A stretch of DNA of 64,000 nt from Candidatus Marinacidobacterales bacterium (GTDB lineage: Bacteria; Acidobacteriota; Vicinamibacteria; Marinacidobacterales; DATDRI01). The notes beneath the pieces were generated by a model, which saw only the letters and a program-made list of their open reading frames with translations, was not told where the DNA came from and ran no database searches. Below are positions 1-9,914 of the stretch, piece by piece. The first letter of the stretch is position 1; each line of letters begins with the position of its first letter. A program made the position numbers and the translations under genes. The DNA lies in the NCBI GenBank assembly GCA_965226495.1, contig OZ245365.1:4096001-4160000 (forward strand), in the 5' to 3' direction.

Positions 1-2
1 CG

Positions 3-674
3 GGCAACAAGGACAAAGAGCTTGAAGACCCCGCAGGCTACGGCCTCATCGAATACGCTTACTACAAGATGGCGTTGGAAGCCGGAATAGACATGAAGGA
101 ATGTCGGTTGCTCAAAGAAAATGGCCGTAATCATTTTATGACCCGACGCTTTGACCGCACCGATTCCGGCGGGAAAATCCATATGCAATCTCTCGGTGCC
201 ATGGAGCATTTCGATTTCAAGAAAGCAGGTGCTCATTCCTATGAGCAGGCTTTGCGCACCATCCGCAAACTCGATATGCCCATGGACAGTATCGAGGAAC
301 AGTTCCGGCGTATGGCGTTCAATATAATCGGGCGTAATCAGGATGACCATGTGAAGAACATCGCCTTCCTGATGGACCGATCAGGAACTTGGTCTCTTTC
401 TCCTGCCTTTGACATGACCTACAGCTACAATCCAAGTGGGGCGTGGACGAGCACCCACCAAATGTCTCTAAACGGCAAACGAGACAATTTTGACTTGGAG
501 GATTTCAAGGCCTGCTCGAAAAATGCTTCCATGAAGCGCCGGCGCGCGGAGGAAATTTTGCGACAGGTTCAGAATGGGGTTTTGAAGTGGAAGGACTTTG
601 CAAAAGAGGCCGGTTTGCGGAATGACGTTGCCGACAGCATTGCTAAAGCCCATCGCATGAACATTCTGGGCTAA
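3..674 (+). CDS. hipA: HipA-family Ser/Thr kinase toxin (HipA_C domain), 5'-partial
   Basis: Frame is open from the window edge (GNKDKELEDPAGYGLIEYAYYKMA). Motifs RRFDR, GRNQDDHVKNIAF (catalytic loop) and LSPAFDM. Confidence 0.9.
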   Translation, partial: GNKDKELEDPAGYGLIEYAYYKMALEAGIDMKECRLLKENGRNHFMTRRFDRTDSGGKIHMQSLGAMEHFDFKKAGAHSYEQALRTIRKLDMPMDSIEEQFRRMAFNIIGRNQDDHVKNIAFLMDRSGTWSLSPAFDMTYSYNPSGAWTSTHQMSLNGKRDNFDLEDFKACSKNASMKRRRAEEILRQVQNGVLKWKDFAKEAGLRNDVADSIAKAHRMNILG

Positions 675-677
675 TCC

Positions 678-1394
678 ATGCAAGACCGTTACACTGGAGA
701 CATTGGCGACTATGTGAAGTATGGGCTGCTTCGCGCCTTGGCCAACGGGCGGCGTCTTGGCGTAGCATGGTATCTCTTCCCGGGCGAAGACCATAACGGT
801 GATGGTCGTCATGTCGACTATCTGCATGACCGTGGTCAGTGGCGTGGTCATGACCCCGCTCTTTTCGACGTTCTTAAACGGATCGTGGACGACGACCGGC
901 GCAGTGTCGCCGCCCTCGAGCAATCGGGCATCTTGGGAGCGGCCAAATTCTCTGACCCGATTTTGTCCGCCCTTGAACTGACGCCCGCCCAGCGGCGCGA
1001 TTGGCGACGCCGGTGGTTTGAGACTGTGCAATCATCATTGCAGGAGTGCGATATCGTTTTCGCCGATCCCGACAACGGGCTCTGCGAAGACGGAAAGTTC
1101 AGGCCAGGCCGAGTGAAAGACTGGAAGCGGCTTCCCTTGCGCGAGGCCAAGGCGTTGGCCGAAGGGCGTACCGCCGTTATCTACCACCACAACACCCGCC
1201 GCACCGGTGGCCATGAGAAAGAGATCGCTGATTGGATAGACGAGCTAGGCGCAGGTACACTCGCACTCCGCTGGCGCGCGTATAGCAGCCGCACGTTTTT
1301 CGTCATCAATCCCGCGCGCAGAATGATTGAGCGGTTGACGCGGTTTTCACAAGAGTGGGGACCAAAAGCCGAGCTTCATGGATTGAGCCACTGA
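678..1394 (+). CDS. Conserved hypothetical protein, possibly RlmJ-like Rossmann methyltransferase fold
   Basis: 238-aa ORF 3 nt after the hipA stop. Motifs YTGDIGDYVKYGLLRAL and DIVFADPDNGL. Confidence 0.7.
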   Translation: MQDRYTGDIGDYVKYGLLRALANGRRLGVAWYLFPGEDHNGDGRHVDYLHDRGQWRGHDPALFDVLKRIVDDDRRSVAALEQSGILGAAKFSDPILSALELTPAQRRDWRRRWFETVQSSLQECDIVFADPDNGLCEDGKFRPGRVKDWKRLPLREAKALAEGRTAVIYHHNTRRTGGHEKEIADWIDELGAGTLALRWRAYSSRTFFVINPARRMIERLTRFSQEWGPKAELHGLSH

Positions 1395-1726
1395 GATTTC
1401 CTGTTCTTCTAATCCCGATGGTTTTGGGAAGGCCTTCTCTCGCTCCAACCCGCCGCGGCGGTTTTTCGCTACCGTATGGTATAGAAAGGTCGTCGAGGTC
1501 GGGGAACCGGGGGGATCGTAGAAAAGAGGACCGGAATCTCGGCCTGAGGCATCACGCGGAGCCGCGCCCAGGCGAGTCGAGAGGGGCCCCGTCGACGACG
1601 CGGAAGCGAGCCTGATGGTCCCGTCACTCGAATGTGCGCGACAGCCGTGTTGATACTTGGGGCCACGCAGCGGCACGATAGTAATATCGCAGAAGTCCGC
1701 CGGGTCGCTCACGGCAAGCAACCATC

Positions 1727-1888
1727 GTGCGGTACGTGACGGTTCTACTGGTACCGGTGGCGCTCATCCTCGGGGCTCCGCTAGTGGCACTCATCATATT
1801 GCCGTTCCGTTTCGTCACCGTGCTTCGGTACTTCGGCGGCCCAATATGGCTGCAACTCATCTTGGCCGCAAGTTCGGGGTGGCGGTGA
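1727..1888 (+). CDS. Possible small hydrophobic membrane peptide or gene fragment (53 aa)
   Basis: Manual translation from GTG1727 gives VRYVTVLLVPVALILGAPLVALIILPFRFVTVLRYFGGPIWLQLILAASSGWR. It is below the ORF-track cutoff and has no clear RBS. Confidence 0.3.
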   Translation: MRYVTVLLVPVALILGAPLVALIILPFRFVTVLRYFGGPIWLQLILAASSGWR

Positions 1889-1947
1889 GGGTCGTCTTCA
1901 AGCCGCCCGCCGCCGGTTAGTACGCTTCTCGCAACCTGACACACGCC

Positions 1948-3519
1948 TCAACGTTGGTACACGGGCTCTCCACCTACGAACGTTGCGTCGACCTTGATCT
2001 CGGTCAGAGCTTCGGGCTCTACCTCGAGCGGATTCCTATCAAGCACCACGAAATCCGCCCACTTGCCAGGCGCCAGAGCACCGCGGTTCGATCCGTCTCC
2101 GCTCGCCAAGGCGCCGCCCATCGTATAGGCGTAGAGCGCCTCGGCAACCGTAATCGCTTGCTCGGGTGCTATCGTGCCCTCTTCCGGATCACCTCTCAAC
2201 ACCGCCGCGCGGATGCCGAGAAGCGGGTTCTCGTCCTCCACGACCGGAGCATCAGAGCTCAAGGCCAGTGGCAACCCCGCGTCCAGCACATCCCTCAGAG
2301 GGTAGCAGCGAGGGATGTACGCATCCGGAAGGTAGCGCCGAAAGTTGCCGCCGAGACTATGGAGAAACACGGGTTGCGCGGCGACATGCACGCGAAGGCG
2401 CGCTGCTCTTTCCAGCTGCATCGCATCCGGCAAGGCGAAGTGCTCGAACCTGCGGCGCCTTCGCGGCCTCTCCGCAGCGAGTCTCTCGTAGACTGCCAAC
2501 ACCCGGTCGATGGCGGCATCGCCGATGACGTGGGTTCCGACATGAAGACCGTGTGCCTCGGCTTTGCTCGCGAGCGCGTAGAGCTCGTCTTCCCCGAGAC
2601 GCAAGACGCCTTTCGTAGGTGCGTGGCGATAGCGCGCCCGAAGCGCCCCGGTAGCACCCGAGAGTCCCCCGTCCGCAAAGAACTTCATGGAGTCGAAACG
2701 AAGATAGTCGGATTCGTGACAGTCCGGAAGGGCACTCGATACTCCCGAGCTCTCGTGGAGCAGCATGACGTTGAAGCGCGATCGTAGCATCCCTTCGTCC
2801 GCCATCTTCCGATACGCCGCGAGGAGAGCAGGACGAACCCCTGGGTCGGTCGCGCTAGTAATTCCAAATTGGTGCTGACGACGGGTCGCCGCTTCGATCA
2901 TTTCGCGATAGTCGCTCTCCGTGGGGTCGGGAATCGCTTCGTTGAGAAGGTCGATGGCATTTTCTTGCACCAGTCCCGTTGGCGCGCCCGTTTGATCTCT
3001 CCCGATGACGCCTCCAGGCGGATCGACCGTCTGCGCCCGGATCCCTGCTGCCTCGAGGGCGCTGCTATTGGCAACTCCCATGTGGCCACAGGTTCTCGTC
3101 AAGTAGACCTTGCGACCGGGAGCGGCTTCATCCAGATCGCTCCGGGTCGGCTGCCGGTGCTCGGCCATGCGCTCCTCGTTGTAACCTCTGCCCAGAAGCC
3201 ACGCGCCCGGAGGAAGTTTCTGGTGCGCGCCACGAAGCTTTTCTTTCAGCGAGTCGATTCCCTCCACCCCGCGGAGATCGAGCATCGTGGTCAAGAGATG
3301 TCCCAATTTCCAAACATGCACGTGGGCATCGTTGAAGCCGGGGACCAGCGTGCGACCGCCGAGATCGATGCGGCTGGTTCCGGGGCGGACTAGATTCTCG
3401 ATATCATCCCGGGCACCGATCGCCGAGATTCTTCCCCACTCGACCGCGAGCGCCTCGGCGCGGGGGTTCGTCACATCCTGCGTGAGCAGAGTGCCATTGA
3501 CGAAGATGGCGTCGGTCAT
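1948..3519 (-). CDS. Amidohydrolase family 3 (YtcJ-like) metal-dependent hydrolase
   Basis: PGFNDAHVH, KFFADGGLSGATGAL, HVIGDAA, RFEH, SSDAPV and GALAPGKWADFVVLD motifs. Confidence 0.9.
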   Translation of the reverse strand: MTDAIFVNGTLLTQDVTNPRAEALAVEWGRISAIGARDDIENLVRPGTSRIDLGGRTLVPGFNDAHVHVWKLGHLLTTMLDLRGVEGIDSLKEKLRGAHQKLPPGAWLLGRGYNEERMAEHRQPTRSDLDEAAPGRKVYLTRTCGHMGVANSSALEAAGIRAQTVDPPGGVIGRDQTGAPTGLVQENAIDLLNEAIPDPTESDYREMIEAATRRQHQFGITSATDPGVRPALLAAYRKMADEGMLRSRFNVMLLHESSGVSSALPDCHESDYLRFDSMKFFADGGLSGATGALRARYRHAPTKGVLRLGEDELYALASKAEAHGLHVGTHVIGDAAIDRVLAVYERLAAERPRRRRRFEHFALPDAMQLERAARLRVHVAAQPVFLHSLGGNFRRYLPDAYIPRCYPLRDVLDAGLPLALSSDAPVVEDENPLLGIRAAVLRGDPEEGTIAPEQAITVAEALYAYTMGGALASGDGSNRGALAPGKWADFVVLDRNPLEVEPEALTEIKVDATFVGGEPVYQR

Positions 3520-4856
3520 GATTCGTCGATGTGTTCCTGGATTGCCGTCTCCAAGATAGAGAGTCCCTCCGCCAGTTGCTCATCGGTAATGGTCAGGGGA
3601 GGCATGAAGCGGATGCAATTACTGTGGAGGCCGGCGCGTATCACTATCAGACCTTTCGAAACCGCGCGGCGAATGATCTGGAGCGTCTCCTTGCTAGCCG
3701 GCTCCTTGGTCGTGCGATCTCTGACGAGCTCGATGAGCATCATGGGGCCCAGTCCGCGAACATCGCCGATCAACGGGAACTTTTCTTTCCAGCCGAGAAG
3801 CGCTTCTTTCAGCATCGGCCCGAGCGCTTCCGCCCGCCTCAGAAACGATGGTTGCCGAATTGTTTTCACGGCCTCGATCGCCGCCACGCAGGCGAGAGGA
3901 TTGCCGCCGTAGGTTCCACCGACCCCACCCCGATGGGGAGCATCCATGATCTCGGCGCGGCCGGTTACCGCAGAGATGGGCATCCCCGCACCCAAAGACT
4001 TCGCGGTGGTTATGAGATCGGGCACGATCCCGTAGTGCTCAACGGCGAAGAGCTTGCCGGTACGCCCCATCCCGGACTGTATCTCGTCGACGATCATCAC
4101 GATCCCGTGCTCGTCGCAGATGCTCCGAATCTTCTCGAGAAAGGCCGCCGCCATCGGAACGAAACCGGCCTCACCCTGAATGGGCTCAATAATGATGGCC
4201 GCCACCGCGCTCGGCGAGACTTGAGCCACGAGAGCGTTGTCGAGCTGATGACAGCACATGTCGACGTACTGATCTTCGGTCAGCCCGGCCGGCCGTCGGT
4301 AGGTATACGGCGCGGGCACACGGTAGATTTCGGGCGCGAAGGGACCAAACCCTTTTTTGAAAAACTCGTACTTGCTGGTGAGGCTCATCGTCAGCAGCGT
4401 CCGTCCGTGATACGCCCCCTCGAAAGTGATCACCGCCGGGCGACCGGTGTAGGAACGCGCGATTTTGATTGCGTTTTCGACCGCCTCCGCGCCGCTGGTC
4501 CCGAGGAGCGTCTTCTTGTCGAAGTCCCCAGGCGTGATTTCGTTCAGAAGCTCGGCCAAGCGAACTTGAGGCTCCTGGGTCGCCACCAAGTCGCACACGA
4601 AAAGAAACTTGTCCGCCTGCGAGCGAAGGGCGTCTTGAATAGCAGGCGGAGCGTGCCCGATCGCCAAAGTCCCAATCCCTCCGGCGAAGTCCATGAATGT
4701 GTTTCCATCGACGTCATGTACCAAGACTCCCTCCGCCCGTTCTACGACCACGTCGGTCGCCCTCGCCTGGGCAGCGGAAATAGCGCGATCGCGGCGCTCG
4801 AGAATCTCACGGGCCTTGGGCCCCGGAATTTCGGTCTTTAATTCAATGAAGCTCAT
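3516..4856 (-). CDS. gabT: 4-aminobutyrate aminotransferase-like class III PLP aminotransferase
   Basis: DFAGGIG, SGAEAVENAIK, YHGRT, EPIQGEAG, DEIQSGMGRTG, TTAKSLGAG and GGTYGGNP motifs. Confidence 0.88.
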   Translation of the reverse strand: MSFIELKTEIPGPKAREILERRDRAISAAQARATDVVVERAEGVLVHDVDGNTFMDFAGGIGTLAIGHAPPAIQDALRSQADKFLFVCDLVATQEPQVRLAELLNEITPGDFDKKTLLGTSGAEAVENAIKIARSYTGRPAVITFEGAYHGRTLLTMSLTSKYEFFKKGFGPFAPEIYRVPAPYTYRRPAGLTEDQYVDMCCHQLDNALVAQVSPSAVAAIIIEPIQGEAGFVPMAAAFLEKIRSICDEHGIVMIVDEIQSGMGRTGKLFAVEHYGIVPDLITTAKSLGAGMPISAVTGRAEIMDAPHRGGVGGTYGGNPLACVAAIEAVKTIRQPSFLRRAEALGPMLKEALLGWKEKFPLIGDVRGLGPMMLIELVRDRTTKEPASKETLQIIRRAVSKGLIVIRAGLHSNCIRFMPPLTITDEQLAEGLSILETAIQEHIDES

Positions 4857-6450
4857 CGGACTCCTCTCTATCGATTTCCCAGATGGTGATCAGCGGTCCT
4901 CCTCGCTCTACAGCATCGAAACCGGCAAACGGCAAATAGAACGCATCTTGTACATAAAAGAAGGGACTTGCCTCGGTAGTCGCATTGAACGGGTCGAAGC
5001 GCGCTAGCTCTCGCCCGCTTTCCTCGACAAGGTCCGTAAGATCCTGACCCAGGGGCGGCGAGCTCCAGAGGCGATGATACTCGTGGGTGATCAAGAAACG
5101 GCCTTTGTGCCGTTGAACGGCTTTGGCCGAACAAGGGATCGTCAGTGGCTCGAACGCGGGCGGACGCCTCCGATCTTTGTTAATGACCGGGGCGCCGTAA
5201 CCTCGACATATCAAGACCTCTGAGCGGCGCGGCAAGTTTTCGGCGACCCACTCTGAAGCCAAAACGCGCGTGTCTTTTCGAGAGATCAACCGGTCGAACT
5301 GAATCGACTTCCAGACCCCAGGAACGGCCAGAGCGATGGCGGCCGCCACAACGAGGCCCCTCCTTTCTCGCGCCAGACCCGACACGACGAACTCTGCCAC
5401 GACCACTGCAAGCACAGGGACCAGGGGCACGACGTATCGCGGGAAGACGGTGCTAACACTGGACACGAGCGCAAAGAAAGGGACGAAGAAAGCCAACAGC
5501 ACCAAATCGGTGGGCCGCCGCAGCCAAACGGCCCGAACGATGCCGGCCGCACCGGCAAGATAGAACGGCCACCCGAAACCCTGGGGAAACGTAACTTTGA
5601 GATGAACCCAAAGGGCCCGTGCGGTGCCATCACCATATAGGAACTCCCGAACGCCGCCGAGCTCCTTGAGCGCCGCCGGATAATGGATGATCGTATAGGG
5701 GGAGAACATGGCGAATGCGAGCACCATGACACATACCGCGAATAGTGAGCGAGCGAGAAGACTCGCTTTCGCGATGGACGACTCGCCTCGTTCGCCGAAG
5801 AAATGCAGCGCCGTGGCCGCCCCGAGCCCGAGGATGACGAGCCCCGCATTATATTTGGCCGCACTAGATGCTCCTGCGAATAGTCCCGCCAGCAAGTAAT
5901 TTCGCCAGCTGGGATCGCGAGCGGCCTTGACGGCAAAGAGGAGCGCCAAAGCGACGAAAAATCCCATTCCGATATCTACGGTTGCGAAATGAGAGTCCCG
6001 TACGTGCAGGTAGTTCGTCGCTACACAGAGAGCGGCAACGAGACCCACGCTCTGGCTGCGATACCCCTCTCGACCCAGTAAGTACGTCACCCCGACGGTG
6101 CCGACACCGAGCACCACGCTCACCGCGCGGCAAATCAGGTAGTGGAGGCCCGGGTCGGTCACGACCGCGGCGAACAGGAAATCGAATGTATTATCGTAGT
6201 GCCCGAGGAGCCGCCCGACCAAGACATAGGCTGAAAGTGCAAGCGTGTTTAGGTAAATCATCAGGCCCGGATACGCATAACTAACGGGGTTGAAATCTCC
6301 GGTCGCAAGAATCTTATAGGCTCTGCCGACAACGCGTTCCTCGTCCGGCCGGACGGTGGGGTGCGGCACTCCGTAGTCGAGGCCCCAGGCTCGAAGCGCG
6401 GCCGCGATAAGAATGCAGAGCACCAACCACTTCCAGACCGATCGGCTCAT
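4843..6450 (-). CDS. GT-C (PMT/ArnT-like, family 39) membrane glycosyltransferase
   Basis: PDE acidic motif in the first loop, SHFATVD, KYN and many TM helices. The start at 6450 overlaps the GNAT stop (ATGA). Confidence 0.8.
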   Translation of the reverse strand: MSRSVWKWLVLCILIAAALRAWGLDYGVPHPTVRPDEERVVGRAYKILATGDFNPVSYAYPGLMIYLNTLALSAYVLVGRLLGHYDNTFDFLFAAVVTDPGLHYLICRAVSVVLGVGTVGVTYLLGREGYRSQSVGLVAALCVATNYLHVRDSHFATVDIGMGFFVALALLFAVKAARDPSWRNYLLAGLFAGASSAAKYNAGLVILGLGAATALHFFGERGESSIAKASLLARSLFAVCVMVLAFAMFSPYTIIHYPAALKELGGVREFLYGDGTARALWVHLKVTFPQGFGWPFYLAGAAGIVRAVWLRRPTDLVLLAFFVPFFALVSSVSTVFPRYVVPLVPVLAVVVAEFVVSGLARERRGLVVAAAIALAVPGVWKSIQFDRLISRKDTRVLASEWVAENLPRRSEVLICRGYGAPVINKDRRRPPAFEPLTIPCSAKAVQRHKGRFLITHEYHRLWSSPPLGQDLTDLVEESGRELARFDPFNATTEASPFFYVQDAFYLPFAGFDAVERGGPLITIWEIDREESDELH

Positions 6451-7100
6451 CCGGTCTCCACGTCGCGATCGGCCTCCAACACGAGAAGCACGCCGCAACT
6501 GTTGCATGCGGGGTCATTCAGGTAGCCGCGAATGAGACCGCAGGATCGGAAACCAACCTTCATCTGAGCGGAGATAGTCGGATCCGTCCTCTCCCCTTTG
6601 ATCATGGATCCGTAGTATTCATCCGCCGACATTTGTTCTCTTAGTACGCCGTAACCTCGAAGCATGCCCACCGTGACCTGCCCCTGTAGCCTCAGACGCC
6701 GCACCGTATCATGACGTGCCGCGTAGAGACCGCGCGCAATCCCGCGGCGCCGATAATCGGGATGGGTGCCGATGTCCGCGCCATAGAGCCAATTCCCCTT
6801 CGGGTCGTGGGACGTCAGCCATCCGCCGCCAACTACCTCGGCAAACGTATGATCGGTATGCTCGAAATCGAACTCCATCCGGAGGCTGCTGGTCATGCCG
6901 ACCACCCGATCTCCATCGAGCGCCACAAACTGTCCATCGGAAAAGATTTCGATGTGCTTGAGGTATTGCTCTTTCTTGAAGCGTTCGGCCGGAGCGAGCG
7001 TCTGGAAACATAGCTCCTGAAGCTTCTCGAGCCGGGCGGCATGCTCCGCCCGCGTCGAAACGACGACAATACCGGAGCGGAGAGACTTTTGGTAGCGCAT
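6447..7100 (-). CDS. GNAT family N-acetyltransferase
   Basis: Acetyl-CoA motif HPDYRRRGIARGLY; also DPTISAQMKVGF. Confidence 0.85.
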   Translation of the reverse strand: MRYQKSLRSGIVVVSTRAEHAARLEKLQELCFQTLAPAERFKKEQYLKHIEIFSDGQFVALDGDRVVGMTSSLRMEFDFEHTDHTFAEVVGGGWLTSHDPKGNWLYGADIGTHPDYRRRGIARGLYAARHDTVRRLRLQGQVTVGMLRGYGVLREQMSADEYYGSMIKGERTDPTISAQMKVGFRSCGLIRGYLNDPACNSCGVLLVLEADRDVETG

Positions 7101-7182
7101 CGCACTTCACCAAACCTGCGCCCGTAGTCTAACGAAAATCGGCCCCGGGAGGTTCTTGCAAACGTGGGCGGCGAGGAGAGGC

Positions 7183-7974
7183 CTAGGACTTCTTGAGGGA
7201 GCTCCAGTCGTAAGGAAACCAATCGGGCATGGCGCGGATCTTGTAGTCCATGTGAACGTGTTTCGTATCCCGGAACCCTTCGAGGCCCTCGATACCGAGC
7301 TCGCGCCCTATCCCTGAAAGGCGCATGCCCCCAAATGGCCCAGCATCGTTGTCGGTCAGTGGATCGTTGATCCAAAACGTACCGGCGCGGATGTTGGCGG
7401 CCGCGGTCATGGCGTATTCGAGGTTGTTGGTATAGATGCTGGCACCGAGCCCATACTTAGAGTCGTTCGCGAGGGTGGTCGCCTCGTCGATGTCTTTTAC
7501 AACCATGATGGGTGCAATCGGGCCGAACGTTTCCTCGTTCATGAGCTTCATCGAGTGATTCACGCCGGTGAGGACGGTCGGCTCGAAGAAGTATCCCTTG
7601 GGAAGGCCCTGTGGTCTCTTCCCCCCCGTAACGAGCTCGGCTCCTTCTTTGCGCGCCGCCTCCAGCTTCTGTTCGACTTTGTCCCGTTGCGCAGCACTCA
7701 CCATGGGCCCCAGCTCTACATCCGGCCCCATGGGATTGCCGACTCGTAGAGCCTTTGCAACAGAGACGAATCTATCCAAGAAGCGATCCGCAACTTTCTC
7801 GAACACATAGAACCGCTCTGCAGAGGTGCAGACTTGCCCCATGTTGAGGAAAGCCGCAAACGCAGCACCCTGGGCTGCCACGTCAACGTCCACATCGTCG
7901 CAAACGATGAAAGGATCGTTACCCCCCAGTTCGAGATGCAATTTCTTGAGCTGGTCGGCCGCCGCCCTAGCGAC
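7183..7974 (-). pseudogene. Aldehyde dehydrogenase, C-terminal half only (N-terminal NAD-binding part missing)
   Basis: LELGGNDP, NMGQVCTS, EETFGP, YGLGAS and PFGGMRLSGIGRE are present. Homology begins at VARAAAD, directly at the upstream gene's stop, with no PWNFP or FTGS segment. Confidence 0.8.
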
Positions 7975-9904
7975 GGAACTCGATCCAATCCACCGCCGCG
8001 GTAGCGTTTCGACCATGAAAATCGGGAATGACCGTTCTCGGCGTCGCCGAGTAAGTTAGGACCACTTCGTTCAGCCCGGCATGGAGGAAATCCCTTGGAA
8101 CGGTGAATACGTACTCCGACCAATCGTCGGTTAGGTCTTTCTCACCGATCATCTCGCCGTTGACGTCGACGCGGATCCGCACCTCCACTGCCTTCATTTC
8201 AGGCATTTCAGCCGTTGCAGGTCGGGCCCGGAGAACAAGGGTCGAGTCCGCAGGCCGCCGGATCGGCACCGCAAGCCACGACCGGCGCCCCCGCGAAAGC
8301 CGATAGGTAATGCCGTCTTTCCCGTCTTTTCCTTCAGGTGGAAACCATCCCTCGCCCACCAGCGGGAAATAGCCCTCGGGTTCGCTTCCCAGGTCGATTC
8401 TGCCATTCAAAGAAAGAGATCCCTCGTCGATCCAAACACCCTTGAGGTTGTCATAGAGTAAAACCCACAGCGCACGAGGCATCCATTCCTGCGCTCGAAG
8501 CAGTTTCCGGTAGAGCAAATCCACCTGTGCCGCGGCGACGCGCTCGAGTGTCGCGGCCTCATCTCTCTTCGAGACCAACTCGGCGTTATAGATGTAGCCG
8601 AGCTGAAGGTTCCACCCAATCAAACCGGCGACCGCCAGCGCTAAGAGGATCAGCGGGCGGTGCCGAAGATAGTCAAAAGTGAACCCCAACCCGAGAGCCA
8701 GTACTGGGAGCATCCCGAGCATGCGCCTCTGTCCGAAGGATTCAGAACCCCACCAGTCTCCGGTCGAGCTGTTGATAGCCACCGCCGCGAAGAACGCCAG
8801 CCACACACCGAGCCCCACACGGGGCGAACGCTTGGAAAGGATCCCCCATCCGATGAGCGAGCCGATAAACAAAGGCGTCCAGGTCAAAAGGCCGTGACGT
8901 GGTGAAAGCAAAAACGCCACGGCGTGTGGCCAGGTGCGACCGATCTTGCCGTGAAAGAACACGACACGGACGAAGTCCCAGCCGTAGAGGTACAACCAAA
9001 TGCCTCCCTGAAAAAATCCACAAAGCAGAGGACCCGCTAGAAATGCTACGAGCAGGCGCAATCGTTGCGGCCGACCCCCAAGCACCAAATCCACGACGGG
9101 CATGATGAGTAGGGCTGCGTCTTGCACCCTTACCAACATCATCAGGCCACCGAAGACACCGCTCACAACCCACATGGCATGGTCATCGTTTTCCCGTGCC
9201 TTCAACCAGGATAGAACGAAGCACGTGGCAAGCAAGACGGACAGACCGTGGGACATGAACGGATTCGCCGACATATAGAAATGCAGTGGGGTTGCCAGCC
9301 AAATCGCGGCAACAACAAGCAGAGCGATCGCTCGGCCGTGACGCCGACGCAAGGCTCCTTCGAGCAGGAACAAAGCCAGGAATCCATAGACATAGGTGGC
9401 GACGTTGACCGCGACCTGGTAGACGGGAGAAAACCCGTCGGTCTTTACATCCGCACCCAACCAAGAAGCCACGCTGACCGAGACATGAGTGAGCCAAAGT
9501 GGGGGGATCCAGAAGAGGGGCAGCCCTACCGGAAACCGGCTGGTCACTTCGCCTTGAGCAGAACGGATCGGCGGAGCACTGAGTCCGTGATAATCGTTTT
9601 CTAGCTCCAGGTCCCAATCGAATAGCAGCGATCGAGACTGGACGTAGTACTCGACTCCATCGCCTCCAACCCGAGTGTGAACGGACGACAGGTAATAGAG
9701 GGCGAGTAGGAGGAGGACCAGACGCGGACCATCGAGCCACCTGCCCTGTGGCTTGCTCAGGAAGAGCGCGGCTACCGCCGCTCCCGCGGTGAGGATCCTC
9801 AGAAAGGTCGCGACCGACCCCGGCAAGCCCGCCGCCACGAAGACCTTGGCCGCGACGGCGAGAACCGCCAGAGCGATGATGGTGCGTTCCCACCTGGTGG
9901 GCAT
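7967..9904 (-). CDS. GT-C-type polytopic membrane glycosyltransferase with C-terminal extracytoplasmic beta domain
   Basis: GDGVEYY...SLLFDWD loop, many TM helices, WWGSESFGQRR motif and a beta-rich C-terminal domain. Confidence 0.7.
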   Translation of the reverse strand: MPTRWERTIIALAVLAVAAKVFVAAGLPGSVATFLRILTAGAAVAALFLSKPQGRWLDGPRLVLLLLALYYLSSVHTRVGGDGVEYYVQSRSLLFDWDLELENDYHGLSAPPIRSAQGEVTSRFPVGLPLFWIPPLWLTHVSVSVASWLGADVKTDGFSPVYQVAVNVATYVYGFLALFLLEGALRRRHGRAIALLVVAAIWLATPLHFYMSANPFMSHGLSVLLATCFVLSWLKARENDDHAMWVVSGVFGGLMMLVRVQDAALLIMPVVDLVLGGRPQRLRLLVAFLAGPLLCGFFQGGIWLYLYGWDFVRVVFFHGKIGRTWPHAVAFLLSPRHGLLTWTPLFIGSLIGWGILSKRSPRVGLGVWLAFFAAVAINSSTGDWWGSESFGQRRMLGMLPVLALGLGFTFDYLRHRPLILLALAVAGLIGWNLQLGYIYNAELVSKRDEAATLERVAAAQVDLLYRKLLRAQEWMPRALWVLLYDNLKGVWIDEGSLSLNGRIDLGSEPEGYFPLVGEGWFPPEGKDGKDGITYRLSRGRRSWLAVPIRRPADSTLVLRARPATAEMPEMKAVEVRIRVDVNGEMIGEKDLTDDWSEYVFTVPRDFLHAGLNEVVLTYSATPRTVIPDFHGRNATAAVDWIEFRR

Positions 9905-9914
9905 TCAGAATCCG

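Noticed and set aside
1400-1435. tRNA-Arg fragment or att site (CTTCTAATCC)
   Set aside because: No T-arm GTTCGA or acceptor stem, and no second copy or integrase in the window.
3531-4841. 436-aa plus-strand ORF
   Set aside because: Antisense shadow of gabT with no motifs; expected in high-GC coding DNA.
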